A stretch of 64,000 nt of DNA from the human T2T-CHM13v2.0 reference genome, Homo sapiens: assembly GCF_009914755.1 (NCBI RefSeq), contig NC_060935.1; one strand, written 5' to 3'. How positions within the stretch are numbered: position 1 is the stretch's first letter; each line of letters starts with the position of its first letter. Below, piece by piece: positions 45,186-57,616 of the stretch. A model generated the notes under the pieces. It was not told the DNA's origin. It saw only the letters and a program-made list of their open reading frames with translations, and searched no databases. A program made the position numbers and the translations under genes.

Positions 45186-46115
45186 CAGTCAGTTGGGGCT
45201 AGAGTGTCTCAGAAAGACATGAAGAGTCCTGGGGGATGGGCACTTATGGCTATGCTCCATCAGAGATGCTCCACGCCAAAAAAATTAAAAAAGCCCCTGG
45301 ATGCTAAATAGTAGATGGATGCTAAATATTACTTGTAGTGATAAATTAATGTCCTATTCCCAACACCAAGTCTTGAAAATGCTCATTTTATATATTTGCT
45401 TCAAATCCTATTTTATAATAGGAAGTATTTACGGATAAAGTTTAAGTACCTTTGCCTCCATTTCCAGTCTTGATGTGAAATCCTTCTCTGGGGCAAAATT
45501 GCCATGAATTTTATTCTTATCTTTCAGTCATTTTATTTTACATTTGCTGCTGTGTACCTGTAAATCATATACAGTATCTTAAGCTTTTTAAAGCTAAATA
45601 AATAGCATACTATATGTATCCCTCTGAAACTTCTTATTTCACAGTGCACTTTCAAGATCCCACAACGTTGTTTCAGGACCTAGTCCATTCTTCTTAACAG
45701 CTGAGTTATATTTTATAATTATACTCCAACCTAGTACCCATCTTTTTATGGTTGGTATTTTATTTTTAATTACAATTTTTACATCTGCAACAAACAATAT
45801 TGTAGTAAAGAAGCTTGTACCTGTCTTTAGGTAGAAATACAAAGTTTCTCTAAAGCAGTGATTCCTAAAAGTGTGGTCACCAGAATAGCCTCATCATCAT
45901 GTCTCAGGAAATCACCAAAAATTTAAAATAAGTTTCATCTCTTATTTTCCTAGAACATATTTCTAAAAATGACTAATACCTTTACAGAGACTTTAACAGT
46001 ATTTGTTTGACATACTAATTGTCATACTAATTGACAGATTGTTTTCAGTAAGTTCAGACAAATTATATCTTTCCCCAGGCAGTATTTAAGACAGCTTGAT
46101 TCACAACCGTCTCAT

Positions 46116-46940
46116 AAACATCTTTTTTAAAAGTATTATTTATCTTTTCTAAAAAATATTTTTGATACATAAAAAATTATAATGAAGCTACATAATAATT
46201 TTGACATTATTAGTTTGGTTGAAAATGTGATTTTGTCTTTTAGTGACATTATATTTCCTTTATTTCTTCTTTTCTTTTTTATGGAATTATATATTTATAT
46301 CCTCTGACCCCATTGCTTTAGAGAAATTAATATTTTTAATAGTAATTAATTGTATATATCAATTTACTTACTTTGCTTTTATTAATACAGGGTTATTTTC
46401 TAAACTAGGGCCAACAAAATTCACATATACTTGCTTTTGACTTTTTGTTATTTGAATTAACAAATAACAAATTACAAATAACAAAAAGTCAAAAGCAAGT
46501 TAACAATATACAAATAACAAATAACAAATAACAGAAAGTCAAAAGCAAGTATAACAAACAACAAATAATAAATAACAAAAAGTCAAATAACAAATAACAA
46601 AACATTAACAAATAACAAAAAGTCAAAAGCAAGTATATGTGAATTTTATTGGCCCTAGTTTAGAAAATAACCCTGTATTAATAAAAGCAAAGTAAGTAAA
46701 TTGATATATATAATTAATTACTGTTAAAAATATTAATTTCTCTAAAGCAATGGGATCAGAGGATATAAATATATAATTCCATAAAAAAGAATAAAGGAAA
46801 TACAAATAGTTAATTCACTAAAAGACAAAATCACATTTCAACCTAACAATCTCAAAATTATTATATAGCTTCATTATAATTTTTTATGTATCAAAAATAT
46901 TTTTTAGAAAAGATAAATAATACTTTTAAAAAATATGTTT
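46116..46940. repeat. Long inverted repeat: arms 46116-46454 and 46609-46940, ~154-bp spacer
   Basis: The arms are near-perfect reverse complements. ORFs 46243-46440(+) and 46623-46805(-) give almost identical peptides. Confidence 0.95.
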
Positions 46941-47543
46941 TGTTATTCACTCGCCCCTTTCGTTCCTCTCCAAGAGTGCGGCAGACCGCAGCTGCTTCTA
47001 ATTGGACATCTTGGCCCCTCCTCTCCCCTGCAACATCTTTATGAAATTTGTATCCTTCCTATAAAGAGAAGAAGAATTATAAGAATCCAAACAGATAAAA
47101 TAAGTTATCTATAAATAAATAAAAATGAGGTTGGCCTCATATTTCCCTGTAGAACCAAATGTCTGAAGTCAGTGGATATTGCTCTTTAGATTTTGATGGA
47201 GAAAGCTTCTGACTTAAGAGTTTCTGTCCAAATATATTATTGTTTGTATCAGCTAGGGTTTACAGTTTCTGGCACATCTTTTTTTTTTTTTTAGTGTTGG
47301 AAATTTCTTCAGGAATTGGGTGATGTTTGCTCATACTTAAACTTGAATCACTATAAAGTTTATTGGTAAATGTGGACACCTGGAAGAGTCTTGTAGACCG
47401 TAATCTACAAGCTTAATCAAGGAGAGGTCTGAAGAAGTGATTTCACTGGGAACCCCCACTCGTAATTTGTATAGTTACTTGTTTTCTAGGGCTGGTCAGA
47501 CTTCTCAGAAAAAAAACTTCCAATCTCTTCCCTAACAGGAAAA

Positions 47544-47574
<31 letters not shown>

Positions 47575-49000
47575 CAGCTTCCGGAAATCTAGGAACTAAG
47601 TTGAGGATGAAGATTGAGGTTTGGCAGCTCAACTGTCAATGGAGGGTTTTCCAGTTCCTCTGTTTTCAAAGCCTTACACTGTGTCTTGTGTCTTTCAATG
47701 CAGAAACTGCAGAGGTCCTCCTTAGAGAATATGTCTGTGCTTCTGACGGCAATTTATTGCAATGGAGACAACCTCTACCTTTGCAGAAACTGGGATGTTT
47801 GATCCGGAAGCAAACTGCATCTTAAAAAGACTTTAAAATAAGAACATTGTTTTTGGTTTTCCCTCCACACCCATTCCAGAGGTACATTGTTCAATTCCTG
47901 AGCCTTTCAGAATTTCTGCAGTGCACGTTGCATAGCTTTGTTGCTGTCCACTCTTCCAGTGTAGGGTTCAGCTTGATCAGTACGGCTACCATTATTATTC
48001 ACTCTTTTCATCCCACCTTCCCAGACGGGTATGATCTCCTCCTCCTTTTAGGCATGTCCTTGTGAGTTTATTCATTTAAGAATCACCTTTATCATGTGTT
48101 TTTGTTTAACTTTAGCAGAAAGTAACATTAAGTGGTTTAACCAAAATCTATTAATGAATTTTCCAATTTTATATCATAACTAGAAGAGTGACAGATGAAT
48201 CTTAGTTGGTCATGTAGGTTTTTAATTTCTTTGCCAGTTTTGTTTGCTAAAATTTTATTGAGATTTCTGCATCATGTCCATTAGTGACAGTCCCCTATGG
48301 TTTTCTTTTATCTTGTTGTCTTGATTTGGTTTTGCAATAAAGTAAACTGGATTCATATAATTAGTTACAGAGATGTCTTCCATTTTTATTGTCCATAAAA
48401 GATTAATATAGAGGATATATGTTCCTAGGTATTTTGACAAAACACAATTGTAAAACCATCAGGAAATGTTACTTTTTCAAATAGACATTTTAATACTGAC
48501 TAAATTTCCTTAGTAATTTTGGTTTACTTAGATTTTCTATTTCTTATAAGTCAACATTGTGAATTGTATTTTCCCTTAAATATATACATTTTATCCCAGA
48601 TTTATAATTTTATTCATAAAATTTTTGGTCGAATTATGATTTTATTTAATGACCACTGCATCTATAGTTATAATGCTTTTACAAGTTAAGAGTTAATTTG
48701 TGCTTTCTCTTGGTTTTCTTGATTAAATTTCTCAGAAACCTATTTTATTAGTTTTCAAAAATATATTCTCTTTAAAATATTTTAAAAATTACTAATCTTA
48801 CATTTATTTTTTATTTTGTTCTATTTTTCTTTTTTCTCTAACATTTTGTATTTAACATTTAAAAAAATAAATTTTACAGTTTTACCTCTATTGTAATATA
48901 TGTTATTTGAGGTATGAGTTCCTATCAAAAAGCCATTTTTTTCTTCATCTTCCAAGTTCTGATATATAAAGCTTATATTTTTCAGTTATAAATATATGGT

Positions 49001-49388
49001 CATTTACATTAGGTATATCTCCTAATGCTATCCCTCCCCGCTCTCCCACACCCCATAACAGGCCCTGATGTGTGATGTTCCCCACCCTGTGTCCAAGTGT
49101 TCTCATTGTTCAATTCCCACCTATGAGTGAAAACATGCGGTGTTTGGTTTATTGTCCTTGCAATAGTTTGCTGAGAATGATGGTTTCCAGCTTCATCCAT
49201 GTCCCTACAAAGGACATGAAATCATCCTTTTTATGGCTGCATAGTATTCCATGGTGTGTATGTACCACGTTTTCTTAATCCAGTCTATCATTGATGGACA
49301 TTTGGGTTGGTTCCAAGTCTTACATATGTAACAAAACTGCACGTTGTGAACATGTACTCTAGAACTTAAAGTATAATAAAATAAATAA
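49001..49388 (+). mobile_element. Very short L1PA5-like insertion, mostly inverted
   Basis: Antisense 3'UTR/ORF2 end at 49001-49320, then the sense terminal ~60 bp and tail. TSD ATAAATATATGGT (48988) / ATAAATATAAGGT (49389). Confidence 0.9.
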
Positions 49389-50484
49389 ATAAATATAAGG
49401 TGAGATATATTTTTACTTCTTCTATAATTTATACATTTACAAATATGTCATTTGTGGTTTTTGGCTTTTTGCAATTAATTTATATTTTTATTACGATACG
49501 GCCAGAAAACACATCTGGATAATTTTGCTTATTCAGTATTTTTTAATATTTAGTTTTTGGCTAGGTTGATGGCTGTTTATTAAAACATTTCATATTTTAC
49601 TAAATAAAGTTTGATGTATCACTTTCTGAGAGATTCATTAAAATTTTGTGTTACAGTTAAGGATACTTCTATATCAATGTCCAATTTTGTAGCTTTATTG
49701 ATAGGAGCAAAAATATTTAGGGAATTGTATATTTCTGGTACAAAATTGTAAGATACTTAGAATCAAACAACAGAAACTATAATTAAAATTTTGTATAAAA
49801 ATAAAATGCTACTGAATCTTAAGAGCCTTTAATTTGTATGGTAGAGAATTATTGCTTTTCTTGTCAAGAAATGATTTTATCTTTAAAAAATATTTTTGGC
49901 TTAAAGACTATTTTATGTGATAATCAAAGTTATAACAGCTTTAGCTCGGCTAATAATTTCCTGGTTTTCTTTTTCTATCCCTATCCTTTTAACCTTTTGG
50001 TATATTCACGTTTGTATTCTAGATTGGGGCAATAAATAGGTATAAGCAAATTTAGAAAATGTTTAGCTATCTGGTAAATGAATTGGTTCTTCCATCTGTA
50101 ATAACAGTTTTTAATCCTTAATAACAATTTTAGCTTAAAGTCATTTTGTGTTATGTATAATATTCTAGTTTCACATCATTTTTAAACCACTGAAATTATT
50201 TGTCATCACTCTTGTTTTTATGGTCAGTGTATTTCTCACATTTTTATCTAGTTATTTTTAAAATTTATACAAGAAAATTTAATATAAATGTGAAGTTTTC
50301 TATTAGGTTTCCATGGACATGAACATCAAATTAAAAATAGGAAAAAACAGATGAATGCTGGAAACTACAAAGAGAACCATTCTAGTTCTTTCAAGGAATT
50401 TTAAATAGATAAACCATAGAATTGAAGAAGGCCTGGTGGACACACCATTTTCCTGACAGTGAAACTATAAATTGCTTTTTAAAC

Positions 50485-51280
50485 AGTTTTTTGAGATATT
50501 ATTTATATAAAATAAAAACTTGCACATGTTTAATGTATACAATTTTAAGATGATAGATATTCATATACACTCAGGATACCATCACCACAATGGGGGTAAA
50601 AAAAAAAATCCATCACTTTCAGAAGTTTCTTGATGTCCTTTTGTGTGTATGTGTGTGTTTGTTTTGTTATTGTGGTAGAAATTCTTAATCTAAGATATGC
50701 TCTCTTAATATATGTTTAACTGTATAATACTGTATTATTAACTGTAGGCACTATGTTGTATAGCAGATCCTTAAAACTGTTTCATATTGCATAACTGAAA
50801 CATTGAGAATGTAGAAAGATACGGCCATTATGAAAAAACAGTATGGAGGTTCCTCAAAAAGTTAAAATAGAACTACCGTACAATCTAGCAATCCTGCTAC
50901 TAACAATCCTATATATACGAAGGAAATGAAATTTGTATCTTAAAGACACACATGTACTCCCATGTTTATTGCAGCACTATCCATAATAGCTAAGATATAA
51001 AATCAACTGATGTGTCCATTGACATGCATGGATAAAGAAAATGTGGTATATATACACAGTGGCATACCACTGAGTCTTAAAAATGAAACAAATCCTGCCA
51101 ATTGCAACAACATGGATGAACTTGAAAAACATTATGCTAAATGAAACAAACCAGCCAATAGCCTCTGAAAGAAAAATGTTGCATGATTCCACTTATAAGG
51201 TACCTAAAATATTCAAACCCTCACAGAAACAGAAATTAGAGTGATTCGTTGCTAGGAGATGAGGGAAGGGGAAACAGGTT
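50485..51280 (-). mobile_element. L1MB/late L1MA 3' fragment with inversion
   Basis: Minus-strand 3' end at 50485-50801, ending GCATAACTGAAAC. The adjoining upstream L1 segment is in plus orientation at 50802-51280. Confidence 0.75.
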
Positions 51281-51712
51281 GTTTTTAACTAGTTATTTTT
51301 GCTCACTATTGTTTCTGAATTCTTTCCTCCACAATCACGTACATGGTTTAGTCATTCTCTCATTGAAAAGCTGTGAATGGTAAATATTCGCAGCCTTTCC
51401 CCTCAAAATACCTTTATTTAACTCCATTCTTAAATCATAATACATTAAACTGAAATTCTATGTTTTGATGCTATTTTTTCTTAATACATTGGATATATTC
51501 CTTTATTATATTTTTAATTGTCTAATTTGGGGGTGGGGAGGAATAATCTGTTTTTTCTGTGAGGTTTCTAATATTTGTGTTTTATTTTGGTTTTACTATA
51601 ATATTACTATAATATTTAATTATAATGTAATATAGTAATATATTACTACATTTTAGCGGTATATATATCATTTAGCAGTATGTATATACTGCTAAAATAT
51701 TATAGTAAAACC

Positions 51713-51824
51713 ATATATATATATACACACATATATATGTGTGTATATATATATACATATACACACATATATATGTGTGTATATATATATATACACATAT
51801 ATGTGTGTGTGTGTGTGTGTGTGT

Positions 51825-51863
<39 letters not shown>

Positions 51864-51958
51864 AACCTCCATCTCCCGAGTAGCTGGGACTACAGGCATG
51901 AGCCACCATGCCCAGCTACTTTTTGTATTTTTAGTAGAGATGGGGCTTCACCATGTCT
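51713..51958 (-). repeat. (TA)n/(TG)n compound microsatellite joined to a ~95-bp internal Alu fragment
   Basis: Repeat at 51713-51860; Alu piece CTCCCGAGTAGCTGGGACTACAGGC...TTTTTAGTAGAGATGGGG at 51863-51958. Confidence 0.85.
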
Positions 51959-53545
51959 TAAATTGTGAGCTCAGGTTCTATGACTCTATAAAAGTTTATA
52001 TCATTTGCGGCTGTAACTTTCCTCTTCTGGTGGATGTTTTTCCCATCTAACTCTTCCTGTAAGAGCAGCCTTTTTACATTGCCAAGTTTATGCAAGGTTT
52101 TCTATTTCAGCTCTCCTTTTCTTACATGCCTAGGACCAAATCTCCTGATAAGCGTTAAAGTCTCATATCCCAACATGAAGAGTCTATATCTGGATTATTA
52201 ACCTCCTAGAAACTAAGTGCATCAGATTGAAAGATTAATGCACTGGCTTTAATTTAATTCATTTCCAGAACCAATAATTTTTTTCTTATTTGATTTTCAA
52301 TAATTAATGTTTATTTAAATATTTTTCCAGAAGCTAAATTTATTTTAAATGGTGAGAGTCTGGACCAGTTTTCTCTCTGGATCATGTTTCTGTAAATATA
52401 TATTATATTTATAATCTAGAACAAGAAAGAATCACATGAATTCCAAGGAGTTTAATAACCATAAGCTTATATCTGATAGCTTCTCTTACGCATTCGTAAT
52501 GTAGCTGCTAAAAGAAGATTGTATAACTTTTATGAAGAAAATAAGTCTGCTAGCCAGCTCTTGGATGGAAAAATTCAAAAGCATTAAATAACAGCTTTGA
52601 CAAGGTAGCCTAACTTTGAGGTAGGGCCTAGGCTGTGAAATCAAAGAAAAGCCTCCCTTTGTGTCATTCTGAAATAGCCCTGATTTCCTTAGTTCACCCT
52701 ATGTACACTTTAGCCTTTTTTAAAGCTTTGTATTTAATCATTATACCTCAACAAAGTGAAACTGAGTCATACAGTTAGCATAAAAGTATATCTGAACGCA
52801 TAGAAGTATATCAGTGCTTCATATATTCCTATTTTATAATAAACTATCATCTCTTGACAGAGGAAAAGATGGGAAGCAGGTTGGTTTTATAGTTATTGGG
52901 AGGAACTGAAGTTGTATGTAACATGATGTGGGTAGGAGTTCTTGCTTCTCTGGACAGATGGACAGTGAATGTAGATGTTGAAACCTGGATTTTTCCCCAG
53001 TTTCTCTTTACCCAGACCTCCATCATAAAATAAATGAGATGTGAGGGCATTTGCCTGCTCTCCAGCTTCTTCTACACTGACACAAGGCAAAAAGTTCATA
53101 CTACATCAGAGTTGCTTTCTTATGGTATGAAACATGTTTTCTCTATTTCTCAGTGCCATTGATCATATGATATAAATATGTCTTCCTGTACAGTAGCAAT
53201 TTTCATCTGATGATATAAAAGACTTTACAAATGTGAGATCCTTAGGGGATTAAGGGATCGAAATGAATTGAGAATTCTAGGCCTGGGAATTTAGTTACAA
53301 CTATGAAACTCTCAAAGGATCAAGAAAAAGTTTCTTAATCCCTCAGCCTGTTTTCCTAGCATATAAAATAAAAATAATATAGAATCTTAGTAGCACAAAT
53401 ATAGATTACTAATTAATTGATACAACGGGTGATGGAAAAAGAGTTCATAATTCAAAATTCTGTATATTCTTTTATATTCATTACCTAACTTTTTTTAGAA
53501 ATGCTACTATAAGAAGAAAACTGGATATAGTTTGATTCTATATCT

Positions 53546-54229
53546 TTAAAATTCAATTGTTTTAATATATAATAGATGTACATGTTTTCAGGGTACACGT
53601 GACCTTTTTATAGGTTCATATAATGTGTAATGATCATATCAGGTAAATTGGGATATATGTCACCCCAAACATTTATCTTTATGCTGGGAACATTCAAATT
53701 TTTCTCTTCCAGCTATTTTAACATATATAATAGTTATTGTTAACTCTATTCACCACACTGAACTATGGAATACTAGATTTTATTTCTTCTACCTGTTTTT
53801 TTAATCCATTAATCAACCTCTCTTGTTTGAAGATGACAGGATCTTAGATTTAGAAAAACCTAAGGACTCCACTAAAAAACTGTTAGACCTTATAAACTAA
53901 TTCACAAAAGTGACTATATACCAAATCAACATACAAAAATCAGTATAATTTATATATGTCAACGGTGAACATCTGAAAAAGAATCAAGATATCAACTTCA
54001 TTAACAATAACTTCAAAAATAAAAAATATTTAGAAACAAATTTAATCTATGAAGTTAAAAGAGCTCTGCAAAAAAAACTGTAAAACACCAACGAAAGAAA
54101 TTGAAGAGAACACAAAAAGCTGGAAAGATATCCCATGTCATGGATTAGAATAATATTCCAATTAATATCGTTAAAATGTCAATACTACCAATCCCATAAA
54201 AATACCAATGGCATTCTTCAAAGAAATAG
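53546..54229 (-). mobile_element. L1MA (MA4-like) 3' end joined to an inverted RT segment
   Basis: Minus-strand 3'UTR at 53546-53822. The plus-strand segment TTGTTTGAAGATGACAGGATCTTA...AAACCTAAGGACTCC is a decayed FADD region. Possible TSD GATTCTATATCT (53534) / GATTCCACATCT (54230). Confidence 0.75.
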
Positions 54230-55570
54230 GATTCCACATCTGTTTGTTTTCCCTGTCCTTCCTAAGTCAAGTAATGGCATGTCCTCCAGAAAGGAGATGT
54301 ATAAAATATGAAGTGAAGTATATAGACTATTTGGGGATCTGGGAAGTAGAAGCTTTCTTTTATGAAGACATTATCTAATTCTAACAGTAATGCTATGAGG
54401 TGATTTTACTGTCCCTATTTTACTTAAAGAGAAACTGAGGAACAAATGAAATTGATGGTTTATATAAGACAAAACTTTAGTTTTGTATGATGATCTATTT
54501 TGTTTCAAGGGCCATTTTTGTGTGTGTTTGTTTCCTTGATATTTCTATGTATCATGATTGTCCCTAGATAAAAGGCTGTATTTTTGGCCATAGGATAAAA
54601 GAGGCATGTTTGACAAAAAAAGTAGAGTTTATATGTAAGTGATATGGGGACCACACTATAACAAATGTACTATTATAGAATTTCTAGAAGTCTTCATAAT
54701 ATCTTTGTAGCCTTGCATTATTGATTGACATTTTTACATATGCAGGATTTATGATGAAGCTGTGAGCCACATCAATGGCACAAATTATATTGTATGCAGC
54801 AGTAACAGTTATACATTTTATAAAACTTCTGTAAATTGTTGGCATAGACCTCAAAAGTGATAAATTGAGGGCCAATGGTGAAAAAGATGGGTTTCAGTAA
54901 TAAGCAAGCACATTATGTCTTTGTTATAAAAATCTTTCTATCTCCCTTATTTTCACCTAAAATAATCCTATTCATTTGTTCCTATGAACCTTAATATGTA
55001 CACACAGTGAGACATAAACCATACAATCTTTAACTCATCTAAATGTCCCTAAATTATGTTAATTTTTCACAATGCTACTATAGAGATCATATTTTCTCAT
55101 TACTTCTGCCCTCTCTGTTTCAAACATAATCAGCTACTTGAAGTCCTAAAAGAATATGTCATCTCTATATTTGGCTGCCCCCTTTACCTGGGCAACAGTT
55201 TCTGTCCCTTTTTTCCTCTCTATTTTCTTACACCAATCTTCTTTCAAGCTCAGTTCAGGCATCATCTCTCTCTAGGAAGTCTTTCATAGCAATCTTGCCT
55301 CCCTTGGCCCATTTGCAGATAGTATGGGCTACATGCTTCTCTTGTGGTCCCATCATTTCCTACACGTAAATCTCAATACACAGACCTGGAGATGTAGCCA
55401 CACTGGTGAGTTCAAACCCTGAATCCACCAGTTACTAGTTGCATGCCCTCGAGTAAGTTGCTTAAACTTTGTGAACCTCATTTTCTTCATTTGCAAAATT
55501 AAAATAACCATTTCCTACAGGGTAGTTGTAAAGATGAATAACATTATATAAAAAGCATAGAGTAGGCATT

Positions 55571-56048
55571 TGTGTTAGATATTATTCCTCTAGCCCCCTG
55601 GACCTATTCTTTTCCCTTCTCCACCTTGTTCTGGGCCCCATGAGGCTGACTTGTAAGAATTGCATCAGTAGGCTTCTTGCTCCTCTGGCTTGAGCTTGGC
55701 TTCATCCCCAGAGGTGCATGACTAGAAGATCAGAGAGCAGAAGAAAGTGACTTCTGTGGTCAGGATATTTAGTTCTCAAATCTCTCTTTGCCATGTAGAC
55801 AGTGGTTGCCTGCATCCTTCTGTAAGGCCACAGATCCTGCCAGCAGGCTCAGTCGATACAGTGATCTTCTCTGTGTTCCAGTTCAATTGTTCATTGCCCT
55901 TGCCCTTCATTCCCAGTGTACTGCGTGATTACTTGTTTGATTCCTTAAACCCTACTCCCAAAATTGTAAATAGTCTCTTTGTTAAGCCCTTCTCAAAAAA
56001 ACAGCTTCAGTGCGTCAGCTGTTTCCTGCCAGGGCCCTGACTGATACC
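55571..56048 (+). mobile_element. LTR33-like ERVL solo LTR
   Basis: CCCTTCTCCACCTTGTTCTGGGCCCCATGAGGCTGAC...CTGTTTCCTGCCAGGGCCCTGACTGATAC. Confidence 0.75.
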
Positions 56049-56535
56049 ACATTCCATATTTTGAACAATATGCACTTAATAAACTGTCCTGAAATTGTCT
56101 CTTGATTTCTCTGACTTCCTTACCAGGCTGTGAACTACTCCAGGACAAGGACCATGCTCATCTGTCACTGTTATCGTCTGTTGTCGTGCACATGGCTTGG
56201 CACAAAAATTAACATTAAATAAACAATTGTTTGATTAAATGAAGGAAGGGAAGTAATGCATATTGTTCTGACACCTTAAAAATAGTCACTGCCTCATATT
56301 TTATCTGAATTCTGGATGTGGTACTTCATACTGGGTGTCTAAATAAATGTTTTCTATAATGGTTGTAAATTTGTTCAGAAATAAGAGTGTGAGATGATGA
56401 AAAGGAATGTTTCAGGGCAAATTAATCTTGTGAGCAATCAACAGGCCATCAGGTTAAGCGCCACATTAAATAAGCTTAGGAGGATAGGCAGGGCAGGCTG
56501 AACTCTAAGGGAGGCACACAAGTTGACATCAGGTA

Positions 56536-56912
56536 TGTTAAAAGACAAATTTAGGCAAATTATACTTAAGAGTTTTATTGAGCAAAGAATGAATTTGTAA
56601 ATCAGGTAGCCTCCTGAGCCAGAGAAGGCTCAGAGAGACTCCAGTACAGCCACAGAAAATGGAAAGTGAAGTATGGGAAATGGAAGTGAGATACAGAAAC
56701 AGCTCAATTGGTTATAGCTTGGCATTTGCCTTATTTGAACACGGTTTGAACAGTTGGCCACCTTTGATTGGCCAAAACATGGTGTTTAGCATAAGAGTAG
56801 ATTACAGTCTGTTTACACATCCAGTTAGGTTTCAGTTTACCTGTAGGGAGATACCTTTAGGCTGAACTTAAAATATGTAAGGAGGCAGCTTTAAGCTAAA
56901 CTTAATTTAACA
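56536..56912 (-). mobile_element. MER57-like ERV1 solo LTR
   Basis: TGTTAAAAGA...GCTAAACTTAATTTAACA termini with a perfect 4-bp TSD GGTA; contains GATTGGCCAA (CCAAT) boxes. Confidence 0.85.
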
Positions 56913-57381
56913 GGTAAATATCTCTGTAAACCCAAACTTAGTTTGGCAATTTATGTAAGTATTTGGAGAAAGGTGAGTGAGAAATAAGCATGATACTGAT
57001 AATTTAGGTAAATATGCTTTTCAACCACTGACTTGCGTAACAATATTTGGTGCATCTATTTGAAAAGATATCACTTGAAGCTTAATCACTGAGATTATTT
57101 TCTTTTCATCATAGGAGGTATGTTAATTTTGCTAATTTGTTAGAAATTTTAAACTTTTGAGAGTTGAAACTACTTCTTCCGAAATCTGAGTCCCTATCAC
57201 AATTCACAATTTCTGATTGTCTACTCAAAACCTGTTGTCCTTTGTCTATGCCTAAGCAACTCCTACTGTGCCTGAATGTCTAATTATCTCTATGATACAG
57301 AGATTGTAATGCTCAGAATTAGGCCCCTGGGGTAAAGAAGAATCTAAACAAGCAAGGCCTTCTCCCCCTGACGACCCACCT

Positions 57382-57390
57382 GTCACATGA
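57382..57390 (-). promoter_or_regulatory. Perfect MITF-type E-box TCATGTGAC, candidate part of the TYR far-upstream enhancer
   Basis: GTCACATGA on the + strand, with SOX-like ACAAT and CTTTGT motifs at ~57199-57246. It lies about 8 kb upstream of the inferred TYR TSS. Confidence 0.45.
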
Positions 57391-57399
57391 AGGTCCTCT

Positions 57400-57616
57400 G
57401 GGGAAAAGGAAGGAGGTCAGAGAATGACCTTCCCAGGTTTTATGGCTTGCTTTGGGGAGTTCTGGATTCTATGACCCACTTCAAGGGAGAAAAAGAGGCC
57501 AGGGGAAGGGCAGAGAGACCTTCTTGTTTCTGTGGCACTCCCAATCTCCTTCAGCTGAAAATACTCAGCACACCAGGAAGTCATCCTTTGGGGGTATCAT
57601 GTTCTGAGCTCTGAGA
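57400..57616 (-). mobile_element. ERV1 LTR fragment (MER31/MER21-like)
   Basis: Ends AAAATACTCAGCA...TTTGGGGGTATCATGTTCTGAGC; the family assignment is uncertain. Confidence 0.45.

Noticed and set aside
46243-46805. Twin ORFs on opposite strands as a duplicated gene pair
   Set aside because: A by-product of the inverted repeat in AT-rich DNA, with no coding features.
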